DNA from: an uncultured Gemmatimonadaceae bacterium
GTDB lineage: Bacteria; Gemmatimonadota; Gemmatimonadetes; Gemmatimonadales; Gemmatimonadaceae
NCBI GenBank assembly: GCA_963829055.1
Contig: CAWHHI010000011.1
Span: 320,001 to 384,000, forward strand
Reading direction: 5' to 3'
Length of the DNA: 64,000 nucleotides
Shown: piece by piece, positions 39,908 to 52,247 of the stretch
Layout of the letters: each line of letters opens with the position of its first letter
Position numbering within the stretch: the first letter of the stretch is position 1
Translations under genes and position numbers: made by a program
The notes under the pieces: model-generated
What the model saw: the letters and a program-made list of their open reading frames with translations, nothing else
The model's database searches: none
Told to the model about the DNA's origin: nothing

Positions 39908-40522
39908 ATGACACACTCGTCTTTTCGTGCCCTCCGTGCAACTGTCGCCCTTGCTCTCCCCTTGCTCGTCGGGTGCGACGCGTCGGCTGCTGACAATCCG
40001 AGCGGTCCGCCAACCGTTCGATCAGTGGCGTCGTCAGGCGAGCCGAGCGCAGCGCGCAACGGCGTGGTGTCTCCGCAGCAGCAGGACGTCATCGACGCGC
40101 TCGAGGCGTACGAGACAGCCATCGTCGCCTCGGACACCGTCACGCTGAAGCAGATCTGGTCCGAGGACTACACGTTCATCAATCCGCAGGGCGGTCTGGT
40201 GACTCGCGCCGAGCGCCTGGCCAATCTCGCGTCCGGCGCGACGAACGTCGTCGAGGGCGTGAACCAGCGCGAAATCGTGGTCCCGCCGTACACGCTGCTC
40301 CTCCAGCCCGCGATGCGTGGAGGCACGCGGGTACGCGAGCCGCAGCCGCTGTCAGCTGCGCGCGATCGGGTGCAAAGCGAGCTGACAGCGTTCCACGCGG
40401 GAATCAAGCGGCTCGTGAACCCTCACCGGTATCCGGTCGGACTCGAGCGCGGGCTCCATGAGCGGAGAACCGCGCTGGTGTTGGCAGCGCGCGGCGAGGT
40501 GTCCGAACCGGACGGGCCGTAG
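39908..40522 (+). pseudogene. Chimeric ORF: truncated DUF4440/NTF2-like lipoprotein fused in frame to what looks like a nicotinate phosphoribosyltransferase C-terminus
   Basis: Lipobox LVGC and DYTFINPQGGLVTRAERL up to ~40282, then [29 protein letters not shown], a PncB-like tail recognised from memory. Confidence 0.6.
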
Positions 40523-40546
40523 CGAGCGAGAACGCTACCGGCCCCG

Positions 40547-42242
<1,696 letters not shown>

Positions 42243-42246
42243 GTTC

Positions 42247-42278
42247 TGGGGACTGGGGATTCGGGACTGGGGACTCGG
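42247..42278. repeat. Heptamer tandem repeat T(G/C)GGGA(C/T) x4
   Basis: TGGGGAC TGGGGAT TCGGGAC TGGGGAC, immediately upstream of the ettA start. Confidence 0.7.
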
Positions 42279-42401
42279 CCGACCGCGACCGGGGGCCCTG
42301 GCGGGAGCGGAAATGTAAGCGCCGAGGGTGGGCAGTCCCTAGCCCCGCACCTGCGGACCGGTGACCCGTATTGGCTGAAGACGCTTACGTATGGAGGCGC
42401 C

Positions 42402-42881
42402 ATGAGCGCGATTCGACGCTGTATCGTCCTGTCATTCCTGCCCGTGCTGTTGCTGGCCTGCACTCGCCGTCCTGCGGCGGACCACGCGGCCGTGACGGAC
42501 ACCGTGCGTCCGGATGCCTCGGTCTCTGCTCCGGAGCTCATCAACACGTACTGGAAGCTCACGTCGCTCGCGGACACGCCGGTCACCGCCACCGACAACA
42601 AGAGCGAGCCGCACATGGTCCTCAAGCCGGACCCGAAACAGGTAAACGGCTCGGGTGGATGCAACCGATTCTTCGGCAGCTACCAGACGAGTGGCAACGC
42701 GCTCTCGTTCGCCGGCATCGGATCGACGAGGATGGCTTGCCCGAGCGGCATGGATACCGAAGGGGCGTTCCTCTCGGCACTGGGTCGAGCCGCGACCTGG
42801 CGCGTCAGCGGCCAACAGCTCGAGCTGAGCGACTCTACGGGCGCGGTGCTGGCGCGGTTCGAGGCCCGGGCGACGAAGTAG
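42402..42881 (+). CDS. META-domain (HslJ-like) lipoprotein
   Basis: Lipobox LLAC; LINTYWKL, GSGGCNRFFGSY, STRMAC; GGAGG RBS. Confidence 0.88.
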   Translation: MSAIRRCIVLSFLPVLLLACTRRPAADHAAVTDTVRPDASVSAPELINTYWKLTSLADTPVTATDNKSEPHMVLKPDPKQVNGSGGCNRFFGSYQTSGNALSFAGIGSTRMACPSGMDTEGAFLSALGRAATWRVSGQQLELSDSTGAVLARFEARATK

Positions 42882-42903
42882 CCGGTCGTTGATAGGGTCC
42901 GGC

Positions 42904-43519
42904 TCACGGCTTCTTCTTCGGCGGCGGCTTGACCCGGCCCTTCGCGTCGAGGTTCTCGAAGCCGCCTCGGATCTTTCGCACGTAGCCCAGTGTCTCGCGG
43001 TACCGCCAGCGCGGCACGTTAGGCGCGACGGTCTCCACGCTGCTCCACGCACGCCGGTCGAGGGAGTGTTGCGACACAGGCGCGCTGCGCGTTCATGATC
43101 GTCCCCTCGCCGGCGTTGTAGCTCGCGAACATGAACTCCTTGCGATCGACGTCGATGGAGTCGCGCTCCCAACGGCGCCACAATCCACGGTCGTGCATGA
43201 TACCGGCCGCAATGTTCCACTCCGGGTCGTCGATGGATCCAAACGTGGACGACCGCGACGTGATTTCCTTGTACGTGGACGGCATGAGTTGCATGAGGCC
43301 ACGCGCGCCAACCCAGCTGCGCGCGTTAGGGTTCATCTCGCTCTCGGCCATCGCCTGCGCCTTGAACAGGCGCCAATCGTACCCGACGCCGAAATACCGC
43401 TTGCTGTACTTGCGGAACGTGTCGTCGTACCGGTCGGCGTCGCGCTTCGTCTGCGCGACGACAGGCGTGGGAGGAATGGCACACAGCACGACAAGGCCGG
43501 CGACGAGACGATGGATCAA
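42904..43519 (-). CDS. Secreted SLT-domain lytic transglycosylase, frameshift near 43070
   Basis: DWRLFKAQAMAES, GARGLMQLMP, ASYNAG; RETLGYV in another frame. Confidence 0.82.
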
Positions 43520-43719
43520 TTCAGCGCCCCGCCGATGATGATCGCGACGCCGAGGAACAGTGCGGCGATGAAGATCGCGACGGCGACGTTGCCGTTCTTG
43601 AGCTCCGCCTGGAAGTCGACAGATGGCGTGAGGAGGTCGATCAGGCGATACGCACCGAACATCAGCACAACGCCAAGACCGGCATACAGGAAATTCAGGC
43701 CGATGACACGCCATTCCAT
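43516..43719 (-). CDS. DUF350 small membrane protein
   Basis: DLLTP..FQAELKNGNVAVAI pattern with two TM helices. Confidence 0.8.
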   Translation of the reverse strand: MEWRVIGLNFLYAGLGVVLMFGAYRLIDLLTPSVDFQAELKNGNVAVAIFIAALFLGVAIIIGGALN

Positions 43720-43824
43720 GCTGCGGCTCCGAGCTACGGGGTAAGGACAACGCCGTCGGCCATCGGCTATCAGCGACCCGCTGCTACCAGCTGGTCGCCG
43801 TGGCCAGGAGATGACGACTGACGC

Positions 43825-44606
43825 CTAATGATGGTCGCCCCAGACGTCGGTATCAAACACGTTGGCGTGCACCATCCAGTTGAAGACCACCGGCAGGAAG
43901 CGGCCGTTCACGGCATCGCAGGCGTCCTGGGTCGCGACAGGGCTCATCGGCCCGAACACCGGCTTCCCGTCGCTGACCTCGAGCCATCGTACCTGCTGCG
44001 TGAGTCGCGGGACACACATGTTCGTGTGGAGGTGCCACCGGGCAATCCCGAGGGGAACGCGTGCGTCGAGCTCCTCGGGCGACGCATCCTTGGGCGCCGT
44101 GTACATCGCGCCGACGAGGCTGAACGATCCGTCCGCGTGCTTCCGGTAGAGCAGCGAGGATGGCCTCGCGACGTCGAAGACGAAATGCTCGCGAACGGCT
44201 GCGCCGCAGGCTCGTGAAGTGGTACACGTCCTGGGGCACGTTAGGCGCGAACATGCGGTACCCCTCGCGCTCGGCGACGTGCACGTCCTTGTACTTCTGC
44301 GAGCGCGGCGCGGGCGTCGACGACGATCTGCGCGGCGCGGGCGGAGTCCGCGGCGCTCGCCGCGCGCTCGGGCGACATGCGCATGTGCGGATTCGCCTTC
44401 ATCACGCCGCTCATCGCGTCGTTGACGGCGTGGCCCGGATCGGAGGCGTCCGCGCCTCTGGTCGGTGTCCGCGACCCCGACGTTGGCGACGGCGTAGATG
44501 TGTGGCGATGCTCGCCGGATTGCCCGGCCGCCGTTCCGGACGTGAGAACGGCGGAAAGCATGACGACAGCGAGGCACTCGATCGAGCGCCGGCAGAACGG
44601 GGCCAT
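43825..44606 (-). CDS. Conserved hypothetical secreted protein, frameshifted
   Basis: Signal peptide; LVGAMYTAP..LDARVPLGIARWHLHTNMC..WMVH. Confidence 0.6.
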
Positions 44607-44691
44607 TGACGCTCCCATGCAGGATCTGGAATCACTACCCGCCCGGCCTGCGATCTGTTTCGGGCAGAATGTCGGTGACGGATATCCAGCG

Positions 44692-44719
44692 GCCATCAGC
44701 CATCAGCCATCGGCCATCA
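44692..44719. repeat. Heptamer tandem repeat GCCATCA x4
   Basis: GCCATCA GCCATCA GCCATCG GCCATCA. Confidence 0.8.
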
Positions 44720-44773
44720 GCTAAAAACGACTAGCACCAGCGCGAGCGAGCAGCCACGGTTCCCCAGTCCCAG

Positions 44774-44837
44774 TCCCGATTCCCGATTCCCGATTCCCGA
44801 TCTCCCGATTCCCGATTCCCGATTCCCGATTCCCGAT
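44774..44837. repeat. Heptamer tandem repeat TCCCGAT x9
   Basis: Nine exact units with one extra C at 44802; abuts the CHRD gene stop. Confidence 0.95.
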
Positions 44838-45775
44838 CACGGCAATACAGACACCGGTTCGATCTGCGCGCGGATCTCGCCGCCGGGATTGGCCTCTGTG
44901 TGCACGTTCACGTACGTGCGGCCAGTCCTCATGAGCGTCAACAATGAGTCGAGGCTGATTCCGGGGATCTGAATGTTCGTCGACGTGAAGCTTCCGCTGG
45001 CGAGGGTGCCGGTGATGGGGCCCGTCGGCGGCGTGGCGCTGAACAGGGGGACCACGATCGGCCCCGCGGAGTCTGCGACGCCGGCATGAATGTGCGCCAT
45101 GGTCGCGCCGGTGAGCCCGGCAACCGAGATGTTGTACTTCACGCTACCGTCACTCCTCACCTCGAACGTCGCCGTCCCGGTCGCCGTCGACAACACCGGT
45201 GTCGGCCGCTCCTTTGCGCCACTGAGCGCGCTGGCCGCGAATAACTCGTTGGGTGCGGCTTGTCCGTTCGAGGTGAGTTGACCGCGTATTAGACCTGTAG
45301 GATACGCCCTCGTGTGAATATCGATATAGGCGGCGCCAACGCTCATGAGCGTCGCGAGCGAGTCGAAACTCACACCACCACCTACCTCCGATTCCGACAC
45401 CGAGCCACTCGCGATAACCCCGGGGGACAGCGCGGTGTCCGACGCGTTGGTGAACAGCGTGACGAGCACCGGGCCGCTCGAGACCGCGGCTCCACCGAGA
45501 TGGATGTGCGCGGCAATGGCCGACCCGAGATTTACTGACGTGATTGCGTAGGCGAGCGTTCTCAGGTTCGAGCCGATCTCAGCCTCGCGAATCCTCACAT
45601 CAGCGGTGGCTGTTACAGTCGTGGTGACTGGTACGGGGCGAACGCTCGCTCCCGAGAGAGCGGCGCTGAACCGATCGACATTGCTCTTTCCGAGCCCGAG
45701 CGTGTTGTCCTCATTACACGCAACAAGGAATGGGAGGACGAGAACAGCGACCGCGACAAGACGGGTGCTACTCAT
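44837..45775 (-). CDS. Tandem CHRD-domain lipoprotein
   Basis: Lipobox LVAC; two repeats of LSGA..P, AHIH, YxxxHT..P.G.IR.Q. Confidence 0.88.
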   Translation of the reverse strand: MSSTRLVAVAVLVLPFLVACNEDNTLGLGKSNVDRFSAALSGASVRPVPVTTTVTATADVRIREAEIGSNLRTLAYAITSVNLGSAIAAHIHLGGAAVSSGPVLVTLFTNASDTALSPGVIASGSVSESEVGGGVSFDSLATLMSVGAAYIDIHTRAYPTGLIRGQLTSNGQAAPNELFAASALSGAKERPTPVLSTATGTATFEVRSDGSVKYNISVAGLTGATMAHIHAGVADSAGPIVVPLFSATPPTGPITGTLASGSFTSTNIQIPGISLDSLLTLMRTGRTYVNVHTEANPGGEIRAQIEPVSVLP

Positions 45776-45919
45776 CTGATGAGACTCCGGCACAGTTTCA
45801 CTTCCGTGGATTGCGTGGGACACATGGTCAGCAAGAATCGCGCAGACTGATGCGTTACCAGCGCATGCGCGGCACTTCGTTCCGTATCGCGCTCGCGCTC
45901 AATAGCTTTCGCAACCGTA

Positions 45920-46637
45920 ATGGACTTCTCAAATATCGCCAGCACACTGTCTGGCCGCCCACTCGTCGCACTGCCGCTGTTGTTCGCCGCCGGAGTGCTG
46001 ACCAGCCTCACGCCGTGCATCTACCCGATGATCCCGATCACCGCGGCGATCGTCGGTGGCCACAGCGCGACCGAGACGCGGACCGGCCCGCTGGCGGCCT
46101 CTGCTATTATCGCTAACATACGCGTTCGGCCTCGCCATCGTCTACTCGGCGCTGGGACTTTTCGCCGGCCTCACGGGTACACTCTTCGGCACCATCAGCA
46201 CGAACCCATGGCTGTACTTTGCCATGGCGAACCTGGTGGCGTTCGCCGGACTGGCGATGCTCGACGTCATTCCGGTACGCATCCCGTCGTCGCTGATGCA
46301 ACGCGCATCGACGGCAGGCACGGGAGGCCGGTTCTCGGGCGCGTTGGTCATGGGCGGGATGTCGGGGCTCGTGGCGGCCCCGTGCTCCGCACCCGTGATG
46401 GCGGCGGTGCTCACGTGGGTCACCACGACAAAGAGTGCGTGGCTCGGGTTTGCGTACCTGTTCGCGTTCTCGCTCGGGATGTGTGCGTTGCTCGTCGCCG
46501 TCGGAGTGTCGAGCGGCACGGTGAGTCGATTGCCGCGGGCGGGAATCTGGATGGTTCGCGTGAAGCAGGTGTTCGCGTTCGTGCTGCTCGGCGTCGCTGA
46601 GTACTACCTGATCAAAATGGGACAGTTGCTCATATGA
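45920..46637 (+). CDS. ccdA: CcdA/DsbD-type cytochrome c biogenesis membrane protein, frameshift near 46090
   Basis: GVLTSLTPCIYPMIP and GLVAAPCSAPV redox Cys motifs; LPRAGIWM. Confidence 0.85.
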
Positions 46638-47227
46638 GCTATCAGTTATCGGCAATCAGCCAGCGGCAAAGCAGAAGCCTGAGCATCGCGACCCTCGCGA
46701 CCATCGCGGCGGCCCTCGTCGCGATAGCACTGAGCCCGGCGCTTTCCGTTCCCGGTTCCCCGTTCCCGGTTCGCGCCCTTCAGGCGCAGGAGACCGGACT
46801 GCCCGTGGGGACCAAGGCTCCCGTGTCGACGATCGTGCAGACGCTGGACGGCAAGCAGTTCGACCTCGGACAGTACGTCGGCAAGACGCCAGTGCTGCTC
46901 GAGTTCTGGGCGACGTGGTGCCCGAACTGCAAAGAGCTCGAGCCGACCATGGATCTGGTGGCGAAGAAGTACGCCGGCAAGATGAAGTTCGTCGCTGTCG
47001 CCGTCTCGGTGAACCAGTCGCCCGAGCGCGTGAAGCTGTACGCGGAGAAGCACGCACTGCCGCTCGAGGTCTACTTCGACACGAAGGGGAACGCCGCGGA
47101 CGCGTACGACGCCGCGGCGACGTCCTACATCGTCGTCCTGAACAAGGCCGGCACGGTGGTCTACACGGGGCTCGGTGGGACGCAGAACCTCGAAGCCGCG
47201 GTCAAGAAGGGGCTCGGCGGCGGCTCA
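46634..47227 (+). CDS. TlpA-family thioredoxin; 3' end uncertain, the stop is probably lost to an indel near 47215
   Basis: LEFWATWCPNCK; N-terminal TM; overlaps the ccdA stop. The ORF-track read-through to 47395 overlaps the opposite gene. Confidence 0.8.
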
Positions 47228-47726
47228 GATGCTCTTCGCGACGGCGCCCTCGCGCTTCGTGAACAGCAGCGTCTGGCGCCGCCCGCCGATGGATGTCTGC
47301 ACGATGTTCACCTGGTCATCGTAGCGGTCGAACAGCACGCGATTCGTCAGGCGTGCGCCGCTGACGGTTCGCAGCGCCGGCGCGCGCAAGCGTGACCCAC
47401 ACCAGGTCTTCCGTCCGCCGGACATTCGTCACGACGAGCGCGGCAGATCGCCCGGCCGCGTCCGTCAGCCCTACGGTTCGCGCCAGGTATCGTGCTGCCG
47501 CCGAGTCCGACGGCGTGGGAACCGGAGCCCGTACCGTGCGCGTGTGCCCAGCAATCGCGGCCGAGAAGTCGTCGACGAACGCGCGGAGGACGATCTGCAC
47601 ACCGCCGTCCGGTGCGACCGTCACCTCGGTGAGCGTGGTGTGGAGCGGATGCGAGTAGGCTCGCGGCGCGAGAACGCCAAGCGCTGTCAGACCCGCCAAC
47701 GTCAGAATCACCCATCGCCACATCAT
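47225..47726 (-). CDS. DUF6702-like secreted protein, frameshift near 47385
   Basis: Signal peptide then HPLHTTLTEV..RAFVDDF; NRVLFDRYDDQVNIV in the second frame. Confidence 0.7.
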
Positions 47727-47792
47727 ACTCGACCTAACGAGTGCAGTCGCGTGGAGTGATGTCGACCCGCCGGGGCGACCATGGACGCGTCA

Positions 47793-48409
47793 CTACCATG
47801 GGAAGCGCTCCAGCATCCAGCGCGCCGCGACAGACATCACGAGCGACTGAGACGCCGAGCGTGCGGAGTCGTACCGCGCGCTCGGGCATGCCGCGCCACG
47901 ACGCAGACGACGCAACGGTGATCACGCGATCGAGCGCGACGAACGACAGGAACGCGATCGCGATCACGATCAACTGACCGGCCTCGAGGCCGAGATTGAA
48001 GCCCGAGGAGCGGAATGGCAAGTCGATCGACGAACAGGCTGCGCAGGTAGTTGGCGAAACCGGCGCCGTGCACGAGACCAAAGACCGCCGCGAACACGGG
48101 ACGATACCGGCGACCCCAGATCGCTGTCGAGCGATCGCGCACGATCAGGTTCTCGAGGGCCGTCGCGACGATCGTCACGGGAATCAGGAATTCGATGATC
48201 GCCGATGGCATCACCAGCGCGCCGGTCACCGCCAGGGCGAGCGTGATCGAGTGCCCGACCGTGAACGCGGTGACCACCTTGACGCACTCGCGCCAGTCGC
48301 GGAAGCGGTAGATCGCCGCGAGCGCGAGCAGGAACAGGATGTGATCGGCGCCTCGCGGGTCAGTGATGTGCCGAAAGCCGAGTGTGGCGAATGCAATAAG
48401 CTCAGACAC
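47793..48409 (-). CDS. HupE/UreJ-family (HupE_UreJ_2) membrane protein, frameshifted
   Basis: DHILFLLAL, FTVGHSITL, FGLVHGAGFA, FNLGLEAGQ. Confidence 0.85.
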
Positions 48410-49746
48410 CGGGCTTCCCTCCCGCCGCGACGACCGGCTCGTCGTGAAGCCCGACGCCTAACGCCCGAAGCGTGCGCTCGGCGATCGGCCCCTGGGTCGG
48501 ACTGAAGCGGGCATTGAGCTGAATCGTGCGAGCGAGCATCGAGCGCGCGGTCACCGAGTCGCCGGCGGCGAGGGCGATCATGCCGCTGTGATAGAACAGG
48601 GATGGCGTCCTCGGTGCCCTGCGACAACGCGGCCGCCGCTGCTCGACGCGCCTCCGCGATGTGACCGGACTTGTACGAGGCCCACGCGAGCAGATCGTAG
48701 CCGTACACGTCGCGTCGTCCCACGATGTCCCTCCGCGCCTCGCGCAGGACGCGGGCGACGTCGCGGTCGTGGTCGAGCAGGAACAGTCCCCACGCGCGGT
48801 GAATTGCCCCCGGTTGGCTGAGCGCGCTCACGGCCATCGCGTCCGCGAACGACCGCGCCTGTGCGGTGTCGCCGAGGGCGGAGTAGGCGTCGCTCATGGT
48901 GCCTAACGTTGCCGGGTCGAGCTGCACGGCGATCGCCCGCGCGCCGTAGTCCACCGCCCTGGTCCAATCCGCCCTCGCCGCGGACAATCGAGCGAGACCA
49001 CCGAGCGCGCGGTAGTCGGTTGGCAGCGCGACGAGCGCCCGCTGGAACGCGGAGTCGGCGGCATCGAGCTGCCCACCTCGCAGGTAGAGCTCGCCCAAGC
49101 GGTAGTGGAACCACGCCAGTTGCTCGCGTGGCGCGTCGCTCACTCTGGCCAGCCGCGTCGCCGACTGCCGCAGGATTGCCCGTGCCTTCTCGAGACGCCC
49201 GGTCACCTCCGACCAGCGCGCGAGTCGAGCGGCGATCGATGGCTTGTCGGCGTCGTCTTTCACAGCGGCGAAGTGTCGATCCGCGTTCGCGTAGTCGCCG
49301 ACCTCGAGCTCGACTTCGGCGAGCAAGGCGGTGTGGCTCGCATCGGTCGTGTCCGTCGCGTAGAGCTGTCGCGCGACGCGCAGCGCTTCCGCGAAGTCGT
49401 GCTTCGCGAGCAGTGCGGACGTGAGCAGGACGAACGTGGCGGAGTTGTGGGACTCGCGCAGGTCGAGCGATGCGCGAGCGAGAACGGCCGCGCGCTCGTA
49501 GTCCGGGTAGCTACCGGTTTCGCGCGCACGCTGGAGGTACAGCCCGGCCAACCGTGACCGGTCCGCGGCGCTCAGAGTGTCCTCCGCGATGCGGCGCTCG
49601 TAGAAGTCGATATCGAGCGATCGGATCTCGGATTCGGATCGCGGCGCCGCGGATGGTGTCGCCGTTACCCGGTGTGGTCGGGCAAGCGTGAGCCCCCCAA
49701 CGATCGCTGCGCCGGCCGCGAGCGCGGCCCAGGCGGTACGCCCCAT
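48402..49746 (-). CDS. Membrane-anchored tetratricopeptide-repeat protein, frameshift near 48600
   Basis: N-terminal TM; repeated TPR helices (LGELYLRGGQLDAA, YDLLAWASYKSG). Confidence 0.8.
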
Positions 49747-49835
49747 GATTCCTCCACGTCAGTCGGTGCGGGGCGAGCGATTGGCTCGCCACGTGGAGGT
49801 ACGTCGGGCGCGGCGGATCGGATTGGGGATGGGAT

Positions 49836-50097
49836 TGTCATCCCGAGCGTCGGCGAGAGTACTCTTGGATCCCTCACGTACCCGATCCTCCGAGCCGACA
49901 AGAACAAAGCGAAACGGCAACAGCAAGAGACAGGATTGCCAGGATTGGCAGGATTAACGGGATGTCTCACGGACGGACGCGATCCGCCAGCCGGCAATCC
50001 TGTCAATCCTGCGAATCCTGTCTGTCGTTGTTTTGTAGCTGCAGGTCCCGGCTACAATCAAGTTCGAGAAGGTCCCTCGCTGGCGCTCGGGATGACA
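49836..50097. repeat. REP/MITE-like element with a nested CAGGATT/AATCCTG inverted array
   Basis: TGTCATCCCGAGCG at 49836 and CGCTCGGGATGACA ending at 50097; inside, CAGGATT x3 and AATCCTG x3 in inverted orientation. Confidence 0.85.
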
Positions 50098-51578
50098 GGC
50101 GCTGCCGCCCCTCTTGGTGACATAGCGTCGAGGACCTCGCTGCCCACGGCGAGCAGCCCCTCCACCATCGCTCGAATGTGCGCCGGCGTCGATCGCGGGT
50201 TCATCATCGTCACGCGCAGGACTCGGCGGCCCTCGAGCAGCGTAGACGTGATCCAGCCGGCGCCCGATCGGTTGTACCGGTCGCGAATCTCGCGGTTGAT
50301 CGCGTCAGCGTGCTCGTCATCCGACGTCGCCTGCCGCCCACGTAGCGGAAGCAGAGGATGTTCGACTCGGGCGCGTGAAGGACCTCGAACTCCGGGTGCG
50401 TCGAGAGCTCGTCGCGGACCGCGACTGCCAGATCGCACAGGTGATCGTGCAGACGCCGCGATGCCGCGACGCCCGAGTCGCTGGAGCACCACCCACAGCT
50501 TGAGCACATCGGCGCGTCGCGAGCACTGGAAGCTGCGAACGCCCTGGTCCCGAACGCGCGTCGCGTCACCGTCACCGTGGAAGAGGTACGGCGCGCGCTG
50601 GAGCGAACGCCGCCTGCAGCTGGCGCTCGTCGCGCACGAGCAGCATGCCGGCCGGAAGCGGCAGCAGCATCATCTTGTGCGGGTCCCACGCGATCGACCG
50701 CGCACGCTCGATGCCGCGCACGCGATGTCGATGACGTTCGGACAGCAGCGCGGTCGCGCCATGCGCGCCATCGATGTGCAGCCAGATGTCGCGCTCCTCG
50801 CACAGGCGCCCGATGGCGTCGATGTCATCGAACGCGCCGGTTGCCGTGTGTCCCGCGGTCGCGACGACTGCCATCACCGGCGTGTCTGACGTCCGCGCAG
50901 ACGATCGAGCTCGCGCTCGAGTGCGCGAACGTCCATGCGGTAGCTCGACCGACGGAATGATCGACCACGCTTCGCATCCCGAGACCGAGCTCGAGCGACG
51001 GCGCGCGTGACCGCGTAGTGCGTGTGCTCGCCGCAGAGCACGACTGGCTTCGGGTCGCCGACGCCATTCGTCCATGCGTCGGGCAGCGCGGCCGCGCGCG
51101 CCGCCAGCAGCGCGGAGAATGTCGCTTCGGTTCCGCCCGACGTGAACGTCCCACCACTGCCCGCGGGGTAGCCGACCGCGTCGCACATCCAGCGGACGAC
51201 GCGGTGCTCGACCGACGTGAGCGTGGGCGACATCTCCTCCACGGCCACGGACTGGTTCAGCGCGGAGATGACGGCGTCCGTCCAGACGGCGGTCGGCAGC
51301 GGAAACGACACCTGGTGCCCCATGTACATCGGGTGCGCGAGCCGGTTCGCGTCGGCCAGGATCTCGCGTTCGCATCCGCGCGACGATCGTCGGCCAGCGG
51401 ACGGTCCGTCCTCCGGCAGCGGCTCATCGAATCGCGCGGTCGATCTCGTTAGGCGGACGCCCGGCGACACCGGACCTTCGCCGCGGCGTGTGGTCTCGAA
51501 GTATGTCGTCGCGAGCGCCGATCAGCTGCGCCGCGCCTTCCGCCGTGGCATCGGCTCGAGCGTCGCGCATCACATCAT
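50058..51578 (-). CDS. Group II PLP-dependent decarboxylase, many indels
   Basis: HPMYMGHQ, FTSGGTEA, WLHIDGAHG, PLP Lys in AWDPHKMM, NILCFR, LRVTMMNP. Confidence 0.85.
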
Positions 51579-51598
51579 CGATCATTGGATTCCTGCAT

Positions 51599-52149
51599 TC
51601 ACTCGTGAAGTAGACTGCCCGTGAGCGGCAGCGTGAGAAGATGGCGCGCCGGTTGTGGGTCGTTGCTCAGCGAACATTCGATCTGCGTCACCTCGACCGG
51701 GCCATCGACGCGAAACGACAGCAGCGAGCGCCGTTCGCTCGGCGCGACGAGCTGGCGGTAGAAGCTCAGCGTGATGTGCGGCGTGAACGCGAAGCGCGGA
51801 GGCGATACGTCAGCCCACTTTGCTCGATCCGTTCGTGCAGCTCACGCAGCGGCCCGTACGGGCGTAGCGGCAGCACGATGATCTCCGTCTGCATGAACCG
51901 AACGGGAGCGCCCGAGCTCGAGCGTGAGCGGCGGCGTGGACGCGGCAATCGGCCCGAGAGCAGCCGCGAGATCGCGCACCGTCGTCGTTGGAGCGATCGG
52001 ACCCGCGCCGGATGACCCGATGATCGTGATGTGCGGCGGCAGAGGCGCGCGAGCTTCGGATCGAAGCGCGCCTGGACCTGGCGAATCCAGCTCGGCGAGC
52101 GACGTCTGGATTGGCGCGATGACATAGATACCCGTCCCCGGCTCGCCAT
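51599..52149 (-). CDS. 2H-phosphoesterase / 2'-5' RNA ligase-like protein, many indels
   Basis: Two HxT motifs (PPHITII, TPHITLSF) on the - strand in different frames. Confidence 0.6.
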
Positions 52150-52247
52150 CGTCGGGGCGGTTTCGCCGGGGACCCGCCTGGCTTTCCCTTCACCGTCTGC
52201 TCGGTGCCATGGCTCGGTAATATCGACGTCGGAACGGCCGGACCGCC

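Noticed and set aside
44692..44837. CRISPR array
   Set aside because: These are contiguous 7-bp units without spacers, and there are no cas genes.
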